Numbered from the stretch's first letter, positions 1 to 14,643 are shown. The stretch: 64,000 bases of DNA from Enoplolaimus lenunculus (GCA_030248215.1 JASANG010000932.1:1-64000); one strand, 5' to 3'. A program made the numbers and translations. The notes: a model not told the origin generated them from the letters alone.

Positions 1-386
1 GGAAAATGTTCTAGGGGAGGGGCAAAATTTTTCCAGAGACGGCTGAGCTCTTGGCCCCCATTTGGCTGCGGGTCTGTGCGGACACTAGGGGATTCAGAGA
101 AAAGGCGGTGGGAGCGTGCGATCACCCACCAGTGAGAAAAAATTAACTGTGATAAAATGCTAAGGTTTCTGCCTTGCAATTTTTGGATCTGAAAAAATTA
201 GCACAGACGTATACAGCGTATTTATAACTTTTGCCAGTCCGCCGCTTCGTCAAAAAGTTTCTGGACCCGCTGCTACATACTGAGTCCAGATTAAAATTTA
301 GCCTGCAGCCCAGATAAGCCATCACCTGACCCTGCATATCGGCCTATTTCAGAATATCCATATTTTATATAGTTTTTTACGCAAAT

Positions 387-440
387 ATGCTGAAGAAGTT
401 ACTTATAATTCTGAACGGTGTCTGGTTGATGACTACAAAT
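387..440 (+). CDS. ZP gene exon 1 (putative signal peptide)
   Basis: ATG at 387, [18 protein letters not shown], donor GTAAGG, phase 0 matches the next exon. Confidence 0.55.
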
Positions 441-3400
441 GTAAGGAATTAATAATGTAGAAAAAGAACCAACGTTAAAGCATAAGGACCTGTCCACTAA
501 ATCTAAAGGAACCGCGTAAAACGTATAAGCCTGATCCTAAGCCTAAGCCTAAACATTCCACTATGTAAAAGTCCCCACAGTTTCCTTGTTGCCTGGATGT
601 GCAGGCAGTGGTGGATCCAGGATCTTAAAATGGGGGGCCAAAATTTCAAAGGTAATAAACTTACTTTTGACCCATACACAGACCACGAACTATTGTCACA
701 AAATTGCTAAATAATTTTTGTCAAGATGCTGTTGGGGGGCGCGGCCTGGGTGGCCCCCCATGGATCCGCCATTGTGTGCAGGCGCCTATAAAATTAACAT
801 TTAAAAATTGTCGCTGGAGTCCGTTTGTAAGCCGACATTAGGGTATAACAGCTGATTCATAAAGTGAAAACAGCTGGTCCATAAAGTGAAAAAACACGCA
901 AGCGAAGCAAACGAAAACCTTAATAATGCGGCGTTTACATGCAAAAATTTGACCTGGCCACAAAATGTGTCCCGTCCCAGTGGTTAACGAGCGGTCGTTG
1001 ACCCTACCTCAACAAATTTTTTCATTGACCCTACTTCAACGAGTGGTCTGTGCCACTCGCTGAGGTTGGGTCAACACTATTTATACGTACAATTTCTGTT
1101 GACCCTACCACAACGTGTGTCACAGAGCAATTTTTGGCACACGATGAGGTAGGGTCAACAGAAAATTTTCGTTGATGTAGGGTCAACGACCACTCGTTAA
1201 CCCTGGGATGGGACACATTTTGTGGCCAGGCCAAATGTTTTAATGTGAAAACCGCATAATCGTTGAAAACACAATGCTGAACCTGGATTGCGAAGAAGGC
1301 TCAAATTTTTTGCTGGATCAGTTTTGTTGGTGGGATCACGGGTGCGACTTCCGTTACGGGAACCGGGTATAAGAACCGCGGTATCCTGAGCGTTGACTCC
1401 TCCTTACAATGAACGAACTTCGCGTGAAGGGCGTAAATTTTTGAAGGACACTTAGGGTTCAATTAGCTGAACGGCGCAAGTTTCAGTCTGTAAAACGACT
1501 CTACCTATAAAATACTTTAATATATTTTACTAACTATTTTAAGTAAAAGTATGCTAAATATTGATTAAATCTTTGCTTAAATAACGTAAATAAGTAAAAC
1601 TATTGCTGTCATTTTGATTAAATGTGAAACTAAGAATTTTGTGTTTGCTTAAAATTTAGTATAAGTTTGCCAAGAACCATAGTAAATAAAACTGACAATT
1701 AATTCGACAACAGTTTCACTTAATTTTAAATTTTAGTGAGTAGGTAAAGGTTGATACAATCTTTATATGCTCCAAACAAAACGAATCACATCAAAAAGTT
1801 GTTTAAAATAGGTCAAAAATTGCCAAAATAGAAATTTCTACAAAAACGGCATTTTCTTGTGCTTCAACTTTTTCAAGCATAACGAAACCACACAAACGAA
1901 GCGAGCGAGAATCCAAACACTATTTTTTGTACTAAAATCCTAAGAATGTTGCAAAATGCTAAAACTGGTACATAGAATATAAGTTATTACTATTTTTTGT
2001 ACTAAAATCTTAAGAATAAAGTTATTATTTTCGAATTTCTTCAAGTATCCATTTTTAAGCTCAGTTGGAATAAACAAAGTCACGGGGGGGGGCAGCGCCA
2101 CCCGACTCCATGACGTCCCTGATGTCAATTCTCTGTTGAAATTTACACTCTCAACTCAGCATAGAGATAGTGATGTAACATTTGCGTGGAATGCCAGTAG
2201 CCAGACGAACTTCTCAAAACTATGACGGTTTTTTTTTAAACTGGCTAGGGCGGTGGGTGGTAATATTACGAATGACTCCCCCTCAATAGGAGATATGTGG
2301 CGGGTGATCCGGCCCTAATAGAGTGAGCAACTCTTGGGGTTCCGCATGACCCCCCTCCTTGTTTTGAAGGGGTCGCTATCGTGCATACCCCTAAGTTAAA
2401 TTAAAGGAAACCATGTTTGAATCCGCATACATGAAGTGTCATGGTTCGCACTGGATGCACCCCTGTTTAAATAAACGGTGGTATGGCAAAAACGCAACGT
2501 ACGCTGGGTACATTATTTCATTTCAATACAGAATGTGCCCAGTTGCGCACTCTTGTTAAATAGCGATTATCAACTCTTGGTTATACTGGTACAACCCTGA
2601 CGATAGAACTCACGCCGGCATCAAAGATACTGTATTAATTTTTAAGTAACTTTTTTGCCTCGGAGGAACGTATCCAGGGTTTCATTTCGGGAGGTTATAA
2701 CTTTATTTCATTTGGCCTCTGAAACTTAGAAACTCTTTTGATTGAAGCTTGTGCCCCAGAAATCTCGGGGAGGCATAGAGTCCCTCTGTGCCTGCGCACC
2801 TTGGGTACTGGATCTCTATTAATTTTTAATTTCAGAAAACGTATGGTGAACCACGTTCGTTTCTGCCTTCAGGTAAATTGTACATTTTGATACTATTTGT
2901 GCTTATGTAAAGATCAGGGGCGGAACGTTTTTCTTCCGGGACTGCAATAGAGTAAACTTAAGCTTTAGACTATTTTTTGTGTAGGTTTGCCCATTTAAAG
3001 ATCAGGGGCGGAACGTTTTTTTGCGAGACTGCAATAGAGTATGCTTATGATTTAGACAATTTTGTTCGCTGACGCTTAGGTTACGCTTAGGCTTAGGTTT
3101 AGGCTTAGGTTTAGGCTTACTTACGTACAAGATAATTCTTACATGGATCAATATTATAGTTGACATTCGCTGCGATCCCGGCCTTATGACAGCTGAAATT
3201 CATTTTGATGAGCCGTATTTTGGTCTTGTTCACACGCGAATCAGCCGTGAGAAATGCGCAAGCGTGGGAAACGGCAATTTTCACACGGTTCTCACGGTTG
3301 CTTTTGACGAAAAACGACCTGGTAAAGATTGTGGAGTTGTCTTACAGGTATTTAGTTCGCATGATGTTAAAAAACGTTTCGCCAAGTTTGGGGCCTATGT

Positions 3401-6400
3401 ATAGAACATTGCCGGAACAGTAGTATAAGCATATTTCTAAACCTAAGCCTAAGCATAAGCCTAAGCGTATGGATAAGCCTATTCCTAAGCCTAAGCCTAA
3501 GCCCAAGCCTAAGACTAAGCCCAAGCATAAGCCTAAGCAAAAAAATTAGTCTAAAGCTTACACTGACTCTATTATAGCCCCTCCGCAAAACGATCCGGCC
3601 CTGTTCTATATATATGCCAGGTTTGGTATTACAACAGTTGGTCGCCCGACAACTTGTAATCCGTAATTCAATAGATTCGACAATTCTACGTCTATAATTA
3701 ATGCTTAAGCTTACACTTAGGCTTAGGATTACACGGTGTATTATACTTAGATTTGTTTATTGGCTTTCGGACATTATTGGGCTACAAGAGTTGGTCAACT
3801 GTAACAAAAAAAAGCGTTTTGAAAGATGCTATTTGTAGCCAAAAACAATATTTAAAATAGCGTTGTATTTTTGACACGATTCCTAGTAACTTTTGGGCAT
3901 CTAATATGAGAAATCACTGTAATTTGCCGAACATGGTGTTCAATTTTTAGCGGCACAGTTGCGAAGGGTCTTGCACAGTGGTTGATATCCGGAATAACCA
4001 ACGGAACAAACGGTTTTGTTCCGCTTTTTTCCGGTTCCGGTTTTACAAATACATTAATTTTAGCCAAAACTTGCTAAATTCGGGGAAAACTGTAAAAATT
4101 GGTCGTTTTCACGCATTTCATCTGAAATTAGGTTCGCTTGTAAGAGTCAGGGGTGCTGATTTACTGTATAATATACAAGACGTTTCTTGCTGCTTGCGGT
4201 TACTGTAGGCAATGATTCAGTTGAATTCGAAGCGGACGTAATTTCTGTAGCCTCAACTGAGTAATTCTATTTGAACAATACATATATTGAATTTAACTTA
4301 AGTAACTCAACAAAATATATTTTTAAATTTACGTTAAGTTTGGCCCTGGTCAATTGTAAAGGCCTGTCCACTGGAAGACTAGAAGATATACAGACTGGTA
4401 CGCTAGGCTTAGGTTTAGGCTTACAGCTAAGCATAAGGTAAAGTTCACGTTTTAAAGCTAGGCTTAGGCTTCAGCTTAGGCATACGGTTATCTTTAGTTA
4501 TGGGGTTAGGTTTAGGCTTAGGCTTAGGAATCAGGCGATATAATTAACATGGATCTTTAGTTAATATTATTTTTTGTTTTGGTTTTCTGTAGTTTTTCAC
4601 ATTTTTTTGATATTTTAGCCAAATGGACACTGGATAGTGCTAATAGAGGTTCGTCAATTTTTCGAAATCGAAAGCGCATCAGACAAATCTTTCCTGGTGT
4701 CGTGTCCGGCACATCATCAACAATTTACAAGCACCGGAAGCGGAAGGTTTTCATTTTAACTTATATCCGGTTTTACAAAAATTTACTTTTTTCCGGTATC
4801 TGGTCGCTTGTTGGCCATGCGCATAGTCAAGAATTCATTTCAGGAAGAAATTCAACGTCTAAATGTTGGTTCTGACTGTATTGAGTGATAGCATTGAACT
4901 GTCCTGTACAGATTATTCTATTTCCTCCAAAACTGCCTTTTTCTAGTTTTTGTCAGCAATTTAAGGGGGATATATCGTCCTGCCCCCCACCTTGTATACG
5001 CCCTTGTTGTTGGCTCACATCTAAGCTCGAACTCTCAAATGTGTGTAGCACCTATTACCAGTTGGTAATAGGCCTTGTACCTTTCGAAGCAGGGAATAGT
5101 GAGGTTTGAAATTCTGCACATTTACTGCTTTCCATTGTCTCTTCTACTGTGCAAATTTTAAGATCTGTAACTGCAACAGTTCGTTAGTTCGTTAACCTAT
5201 TACTAACTGGTGATACGTGCTATATGCATTTGAGAATATGGACCCTAAGCAGCGAAAATGCTTAACGAGTTATAGTTAATCAGGGAAGTCGTAATCTCAG
5301 TAGTGCGTAGTGCCTATCACCAGTTAGTAATAGATTTTCAAACAAACGAACTACAGCGTCAGACCCGTAGCCAGCTCACCTTGCTAGGGGGGGGGGCTAA
5401 AAAATTTACAGGAGAGGCATTTAAAAGTTGTCAATGACTTACAAGCTAGGTTGAAAAAATAATTAAAAATAATTTTTCTTTTTCTTTTTGCTTTTTTGAT
5501 TTCATTTTTAAGAAAATTTTTTTCAAGCAACCATATTCACGCAGGATTGAAAATTAATACTAAAATATACGTTAAACCACAGATGTAAGCACAAACTTCA
5601 GAAAATCAACATTGCAAAAGCGAATTTCTAAGCCTAAGCCTAAGCCTAAGCGTTGCAAAAGCGTATTCCTAAGCCTAAGCCTAAGCGTTGCAAAAGCGTG
5701 TTCCTAAGCCTGAGCCTAAGCGTTGCAAAAGCGTATTCCTAAGCCTACGCCTAAGCCTAAGCAAACAAATGTAGTCTAGAATCTAAGCCTACTTTTTTAC
5801 AGACTCACCAGAAACCGGGACGACCTTAAAAGTAACATGAGCCAATGAGAGTATACTTTGTTTTTGATTTTAAGAAATGATCAACTTGAATCAATTGTTG
5901 CACCAGCATTACTCGATCAAAGTTTCAGTTCGTCGTCGACTGTCAACGTAAAATCGTTCGGTGGTGAATATTTGGTTGTAGTCCAGTTGCCTGAACGTAA
6001 GTTGAACTGGTTCACTTTCCTTCTTTGTTACCCCACAAACGACGAACCTGACCCTAAAGCCTTAACTTGAGAATCAGCCTTAGCTTCAGCTTGAACCTAA
6101 GCCTAAACCTAAACACTTTATACATGACGCTGCTTCCTGGAAGAATTTTGGTCCCCAAGAAAATTTTAAACCTTGCTTGTAAGTCATCGAAAACCCTTGT
6201 ATACCCCTTCTGACAGGTTTTAGCCCCCCCCCCTTAGCAACATGAGCTGCTTACAGGCCTGATTAAACATAATGCGTTGCACAGCATTGTATGCTTGTCG
6301 GCAACCGAGTCAACTTATAGTCGACAACAATAATGCCGCTGGATAGACGCACTTCGTAGCGCCGTGGCGAAGTGTTTGCTCAAACATCTGTGGGTTGGCG

Positions 6401-9400
6401 GTTAAAACCTTCCTTGTGCCTGCTTTTCTAACTGCGTTGAGTCAAATTGCCTAAAGGTCCCCATCAATCCTACCTGGACTGGCATGCATCAGTTATGTTT
6501 CAGGTCATCGATATAAAGTCGGCAAGTGTATTGCGTTCAACAACGAAAGAATCGACCAAGTGTACACTCTGACCGATGATAACGGGTAAAATGCGTCGTT
6601 CACAATAATTTTGTCAACAGTATCACACGCAATGTTTGCTAACCAATAGGTGGCGATTACTTAGCCAATCAGAAAACAGTATTCGTATCAGCCAATCGTA
6701 TTTGAGTATGGCATTAAGGTGATAACCAATCACAAGGCGTTCACTTGGCTAGATTACGACTTTGGCTACGACATATATATCAACTGATATGTAATTTGCA
6801 GCTTAGATTCAAACCGCTCAGTTTTCGATTTGGACGCATTTACCATCATCACTCAGCTAAAAAAGCATGTCGTTCAAGCACGTGGGAGAGTACATATCTT
6901 GTGGAGATTTTGTACTTCACGAATGTGTAAAAATATTGGCCCATGTATAGAACAGAGCCGGAACAGTAGTGTATGCATATTCCTAAGCCTAAGCCTAAGC
7001 CTAAACTCCACAAAACGATCCGGCCCTGTTCTATACATGGGCCCAAAATATTTGCACACAGTGTACTGTGTATGCACACAATAAGCTTTAATTGCTCACA
7101 GTAAACTCTGTGCGGAAAAGGGTTAATTTTGCTCAATTTTAGATGCCCAGTATCGAATGTAATTTCGCCGTTTCAACCGTCACAACAGGAGTCAACTTCA
7201 ACTGCTCGGTTGAAAATGTTTCAATTTGTTAACAACAGTCGGCAGTTAGAAACACGGCATCGTGTGAACTTGCAATGTTCGGTGATAGAATGTTTTAGTG
7301 TTTGCCCGCATGTAAGCTTAATATATTCGAATCCTTAGATGGGGGTATTGGCCCATGTACAGAACAGGACCGGATGGTTTTCATGCGTGGCTGTAATAGA
7401 GTCAGTTTAAGCTTTAGACTAACGTTTTTACTTAGGCTTGGGCTTGCGCTTGGGCTTAGGCTTAGGCTTAGGCTTAGGCTTAGGCATAGGCTTAGGCTTA
7501 GGCTTAGGCTTAGGCTTAGGCTTAGGCTTAGGCTTAGGCTTAGGCTTAGGCATAGGCTTAGGCTTAGGCTTAGGCTTAGGCTTAGGCTTAGGCTTAGGCT
7601 TAGGCTTAGGCTTAGGTTTAGGCTCACGCTTAGGCTTAGGCTTAGGCTTATGCTTAGGCTCACGCTTAGGCTTAGGCTAAGGCTAAGAAATAGGCTCATT
7701 CTTACGCTTATGCTTAGGCTTATGCTTAGACTTTAGGAATAGGCTTATACTACTGTTCTGGTCGTGTTCTATACTCGGACCGGGGTATTTATAGACAGCC
7801 AAATCAAAAATGATTGAAACTCTCCTAAACAGCACGGAATGGATTTGTTTTCAAAACAACTAAATTAACCTTACTAATTTTAAGGGACGAGTCTAAGGCG
7901 TATCGTTTTTCCACAGAACTGTATTAGAACATTTAAGCTTAAGCGTTAAACTAATTTATTGTTTATTCTCAAGCTTATGCTTAGGCTTAGTTTAGGTACT
8001 GGCGTAGGCTTAGTGTTATAGGTATTGGCTTCTTCTTAGGTTTTGGTTAAGACGAAGGCTTGGAAATATAATTATTCTACTATGGTTCTGACTTATACAT
8101 TGACCAGATTTCGCAATTGAAACATTTGCATTGTTAAAATCACATAATCAGTAGCTCTGTTCTACTTTTTAGCAGATTTGTACAACGCCAACATCGCAAC
8201 GCACGCCACAATCACTTCGTCAAGTGACTGGAACTCATAGAAAAGGCGTTCTTGCAACATCGGTACTAGAAATGCCGCACATACCACTGAGAAGTAAGAA
8301 CCAATGTAGATCAAAGTCGTAAACAGTAGTATAAGCATATTCCTAAGCCTAAGCCTTAGTGTAAGAATGAGCATATTCCTAAGCCTAAGCCTAAGCGTAA
8401 GCCTAAACCAAAGCATAAGCCTAAGCGTAAGCCTAAGCCTAAGCATAAGCCTAAGCCTAAGTAATGATGAGCCTATTCCTATTCCTAAGCCTAAGCCTAA
8501 GCGTAAGCCTAAGCTTAAGCATAAGCCTAAGCGTCATGATGAGCGTATTCCGAAGCCTAAGCTTAAGCGTCAGCCTAAGCCTAAGCCTAAGCGTAAGCCT
8601 AAGCATAAGCCTAAGCCTAAGCCTAAGCCTAAGCGTAATGATGAGCCTATTCCTATTCCTAAGCCTAAGCCTAAGCGTAAGCCTAAGCTTAAGCATAAGC
8701 CTAAGCGTCATGATGAGCCTATTCCTAAGCATAAGCCTAAGCGTCATGATGAGCCTATTCCTAAGCCTAAGCCTAAGCGTCAGCCTAAGCCTAAGCATAA
8801 GCCTAAGCCTAAGCGTAATGATGAGCCTATTCCTAAGCCTAAGGCTTAACCAAGCAAAAAAGTTTGTCTAAAGGTTAAACTTTATTCATAGCACTGCGGC
8901 GGAAAACCGGCCCACGCCTGATCTATACATGAGCCGAAGTAAGTGATAATTTCACATTATGATGTAGGATTAAATAAAGCAATTAATGCATTTTGACAAG
9001 CAATTGCTAAGGCTTAGGCTTAGACTTATGCTAAGGCTTAGGCTTAGGCTTAGACTTAGGCTTAGGCTTAGACTTAGGCTTAGACTTAGGCTTAGGCTTA
9101 GGCTCAGGCTTAGGCTTAGACTTAGGCTTAGGCTTAGACTTAGACTTAGACTTATGCTAAGGCTTAGACTTAGGCTTAGGCTTAGACTTCGGTTTAGGCG
9201 TAGGCTTAGGCTTAGGTATAGGCTCATTCTTACGCTTAGGCTTAGGCTTAGGTATAGGCTCATTCTTACGCTTAGGCTTAGGCTTAGGTATAGGCATAGG
9301 CTCATTCTTACGCTTAGGATTAGGCTTAGACTTCGGCTTAGGCTTAGGCTTAGGCTTAGGTATAGGCTCATTCTTACGCTTCGGCTTAGACTTAGTCTTA

Positions 9401-12400
9401 GGCTTAGACTTAGGCTTAGGCCTTGGTGTAGGCTTAGGCTTAGGCTTAGGAACATGCTTATACTGCTGTTCCGGCCCTATAACGTTTTGCAAAAATTTCA
9501 CTGCAAGCTGGAGTTATATTTTCTACCGGATATATGTATTCTGGCCATCCGATTCCTCGCCGGTGCGCAACACTAATATACCAGTCGTAGTGGGACTACA
9601 TTTATTGAGCGAAGCTCGAACGCACGTAAGCAATTAAGGTAATATGCAAATTAGTTGTTAGCTAACTATTCATTTATCGGTTTTGGAGGTTTGTAAGCAA
9701 TTTCCTTAGATTCCTCGCACCCAAAATCCCTTCAGTCACTCTAATAATTTTTGGAATAATTTAAAAAGCCCTAATTTTGTTTTGTCAATTAAGCTAATAT
9801 GCAAATTAGTTATTAGCTAACTATTCCATTATCGGTTTTGGAGGTTTGTAAACAATTTATTCAAATTCCTCCACCAAAAAACCCTTTAGTGCTGAAATTA
9901 TATTGCTTTTAACCTTAATAATTAGTGAAATATTGTAAAAAGTCATCTTTTAGGCATCAGTGAAATATTGTGGAATGTCCTAATTTAGGCTTAATTAATT
10001 ATGCAAATTAGCCTCTAGCTAATAAACGGCGTAAAAGTTTAAAACCCCAATGCGAGGTTAACACCCCAGGATAATTGGCTTTCAAACAAAAAAAAGTTTA
10101 TCAAAATCGGTTCAGCCGTTCCTGAGATTCTTTTCGGACGGACAGACGGACAGACGGACAGACAGACAGACGGACAGACGGACGGACGGACATCCACCTT
10201 TCGACCCCCAAGTACAAAACATAAAACGCTTCGCAAAACTCCGAGCTTCGCTCAATAACATATATTATATTATATATTATATATATATATTTATGTTTAT
10301 TTATTTATTTATTTATGTATAATATATATTTATATGAATAAAACCTGGAAACGTTAATATTTTTAGTCGTCCGCGAAACAGCAGCGTGCAACTTTGTCCA
10401 CGAACCGAAACTGGTTTTGCTCACGATTCTGCTCGGCACTCTGATCGGCTTTTTTGTTCTTTCTTGCTCGATGTCGATTAAAAATTTTCCCACGGTCCTT
10501 TTGGCCGAAAATCGTCACAAACTTCCGCCCGTCATTTCACAGTTGATTCCTGTATCGCTCAAACGGCGTCTCTCGATCATCGCAGCTCGCAACTCAATCA
10601 CTGAAGCATTGACAACTTGCGCAACAAATAGCTACGCGACTAATCCCCCGGGGAATTCGTTGAGCCCTACCTGTAAAATTGTTGATGTCGCCTCGTTGCC
10701 CCCACCACTTGATTCCAAGACTGCATCCCTTGAGCGTCGATTTACCATTAACCCCCTGGCGCGGCTATCGCAGACCAGATACGATACCAAATTATTGCGT
10801 CAAACTCGATATTACCGAACCAGGATCGATTCAAGATCGACTTGTTCACGAACAGAACTCAGTGACGAAGCGAAAACCAACCAACGAACAAATCAGTATG
10901 GAACCAACAACAAACATGAAAGGAACGAACAATCGAATTGTGAACGAAAATCAAACGAAAACCAGAGGGAACAAGCGAAGAAACGAAAACAAAATTGTCG
11001 TCGAAAAAAGTGCAACGAAATCAGCGAAATGGTGTCAACACAGACTTCACAACTATCGTCAGAAGACGCTGGATCGGCGAGAGAATTAATCATCGACGGC
11101 GACATTTGTTTCGATGGTGTCACGCGGATGAAAGGCGGTTCAAAATCAAAGAGAAATCAGAAAAAGCCTGTCGGTGGCAAGACTGGTCGAAGACAAGGCA
11201 AACAATCAAAAATTTCGGCTCGATTGAAGTCCAGAAAGGCGTACTGTGAAAAGACGGATGTAGAAATCGACAACTCGGATCAGGACTTGGAAACTCAAGT
11301 TGAATTTGGACAGCAAAATTCAAACGAAGCTGTATCGAATGGATTTGAAAACAATACTGGGGCAATCGAAAACCATCATCAAAATGTTGCGCTGTCACGC
11401 AACCACGCGCATCGCAAGATCAAAAACTTCACCGACAACGACGCCACCCAGATGGAAACTCAGCAACATCGGGCGGCGAACAACTGGCGGCAAACTTCAA
11501 AGAAATCGCGGCTTTCAGGTACTCTCAACCATCAAAAACCATACCGACCAAAAGCGCTAAAGTCCCATTCACAAGCCGAACCACAAATCTCTGGAAGCTA
11601 TCTGTACTCAACACCAAACAAATCATTCGGATCTCCAGACGAAGGCAGTGGAAGCATGGAGGTTCCTTTGAGGTCCGGAAATCCATGCACAGTCACGGAA
11701 CTGTCAGGCCGTTTAGATTCCACTAATCCGGATGCCGATCACGCCTGCGTTCATGGAAGTATTCGTTCTATGGCAACCGTAGATCCGGCAGAAGCTCACA
11801 AAAGCACCGAAACGTTAAGGTCGTTACCAGCAACATCAGACGCCCCAGACCCGACCGATTTTTGTTGTCATGGCAACAATTTGGTAAGTAGCTTCGACGT
11901 ATATGATCAAATTCAAAGCGTTGCCGACAGCGGAAGCGGTACTTCAAAGAGCGGCGAAACGTCAAAGAGTAACAGAACATCAAAGAGTGGCGGAACATCA
12001 AAAAGTGGCGCAAGTCGTAGTTCAAGAGTATCGGTGTTCAGTGGACGGGATCGTGCCGAAATGCTGCAGACGACGTTGCAAGCATCGAGTATTGATCCTG
12101 ATCCGAACAAAACAACATCCCGAAACATCAAACTACAAATCGCGGACGACTTTTTGTGTCAAGGCGAAGCTGGCAGAAACCCAAATGACGGCAAACTGGA
12201 CAAGAACTCAACGATGAGCAGTACGAAAAGCGGTCAAAGCTGTACACAATCAAGCGGTGGAAGTCGCTCCTCGGCAAGCGGAACCGGAGTGGGTGGAAGT
12301 ACTCCGGCCGATCTGTTCAATCGATTTCCAGAAATACGTGCAATTTACTATGACGCAGATGATTTTGGGCACACACAAGAAGGCGGCAAAAGCGGAAATG

Positions 12401-14311
12401 CGAACGGAAATAACGACACCACCGTCACCAAACTGAAAACAGCTGCTTATCCACAGCCGCCCGCCGCGAGTACCGTTCGTTTTCTAGGGATAGACGAGTG
12501 TGAAGCTATAGAGCACACATCTGTAAAGGTAAGCAAGAATAACATTGTGATTTCGTATATATTTTCGTCTTTAAATTTTCACATTTGGTGATTAGTTTTA
12601 GACAAGAGTATGCAAGTTTACTTGTTTTTGAGTAGAACAAAATGTACCAGCGCACGTTGGATTTGTATCGCAACCCTGATGTTTTGGAGAAAGTCGACGT
12701 TACCGTAAATACTCGCAAAGGGGCCCATGTAAAGACCAGGGACGAAACGTTTTTGTGTGGGACACGAATAGAGTAAGCTTAAGATTTAGACTAATTTTTT
12801 TGCCAGGCTTAGGCTTAGGCTTAGGAATATGCTCATTCTTACGCTTAGGTTTAGGCTTAGGCTTAGGCTTAAGATTAGGATTAGGATTAGGAATAGGAAT
12901 AGGAATATGCTTATAATACTGTTTCGCCTCTGTTCTTTATATTGGCCAGGTTTAATCAAAAGATGCAGTTTTGATTAGAATGTAATGCGAGCAATTCTTT
13001 CGATCACTACTACTACTGTAGTGACCCGAATAAGAGGGGACTTATATTTATTTGGCCTCTCGAGAGGGCTAACCCTGTTGTTCGGTTACGGACTGTTATT
13101 TATTTTTAACCCACGCTGTGCCACCCTTCGTTACTGATATATGCGATGTTGCAATTATCCGTTGAATAAGACCTGGAGGCATTTATGCGCTCCAATTAGA
13201 CATAATTGACATTTATGGACTCTAATTAGGGTTTAGGGACTGTATCCGCTTACGGACTCTTATTAAAGATACGGACTCCTATTGATTAGGACTCAAAATG
13301 GGGGCACTCCTCTTATTACCCCTTATTATTCGGGTCGCTACAGAATATAAACATTTCAGAAATGCTCAAATGATGTAATCCCACCCATTGATCGGCCAAA
13401 ATCATATACCAACGGTGAAGTCAACAGAAAACAACAACTTAGTGCGCATTCCATAGAGATACGATCGAACTCATTTCCGAAACCTATCAAAGGGGGCGCC
13501 GGCGGAACTTCGAAAGAAAACCACTACGAACCCCCACTAAATATCAAACCACGCAGTTATGGTAACAGTGCCAACCATCTTGGTAACAATGTCAACCATG
13601 GCAACCAGAATGGTAACCATGGCCAGAATGGTAACCATGGCAACCAGCAGTGTTACCATGGCAACCAGCATGATAACCATGGCAACCATGAAGGCAACCA
13701 TCGCAACCATGAAGACAACCGCCATGTCAACCATGGAAACCAGCATAGTGAATATGGCAACCAGCATGGTAACTATGATAACCAGCACGGCAACCATGGC
13801 AACCACCATGGTAACTATGGCAACCGCCATGGTAACCATGGCAACCACCATGGTAACTCTGGGCACAATGAGAACCGGCCAGTTCAAATTCCACTGCCTC
13901 CAAGACAAATCCAAGCGAGGAACAACATTGTTCAGCTTGTCTGTTCATCTTCCCCACTGCAAAGCCCAGGCTGCTTGGCAGTCATAGACGGCGGGCACGA
14001 GCGAAATGTTGATAATATTTCAGGTGCCGGATCACAGATATCAGCAGAGATGGAGGGTCAGTGCTGGGACCTTGATGAACGTTTTCCGGCTAAAGTCATA
14101 GGTGATGATGTTCCCGAAGATCCGCCGCAAGCCAGCTGGGAACGCAGGCAACAACAAAAAAATCAACAGCAACAACAACAGCAGCAGCAGCAGCTACAAC
14201 AACAACAGCAACACCAACCACAACAACAACAACAGCACCAGCAACAACAACACCTCCAGCAACAACAGCAACAACAGCACCAGCAACAACAACAACAGCA
14301 GCAGCAGCAGC

Positions 14312-14372
<61 letters not shown>

Positions 14373-14419
14373 GCAACAACAAAAACAACAACAACAACAA
14401 CAGCAACAACAACAACAGC

Positions 14420-14480
<61 letters not shown>

Positions 14481-14527
14481 GCAACAACAAAAACAACAAC
14501 AACAACAACAGCAACAACAACAACAGC

Positions 14528-14573
<46 letters not shown>

Positions 14574-14605
14574 GCAACAACAACAACAGCAACAACAACA
14601 ACAGC

Positions 14606-14643
<38 letters not shown>

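Noticed and set aside
7295..9576. ORFs of LRLRLR / LSLSLS / PKPKPK / LGLGLG
   Set aside because: Translations of TTAGGC arrays inside MITEs, not genes
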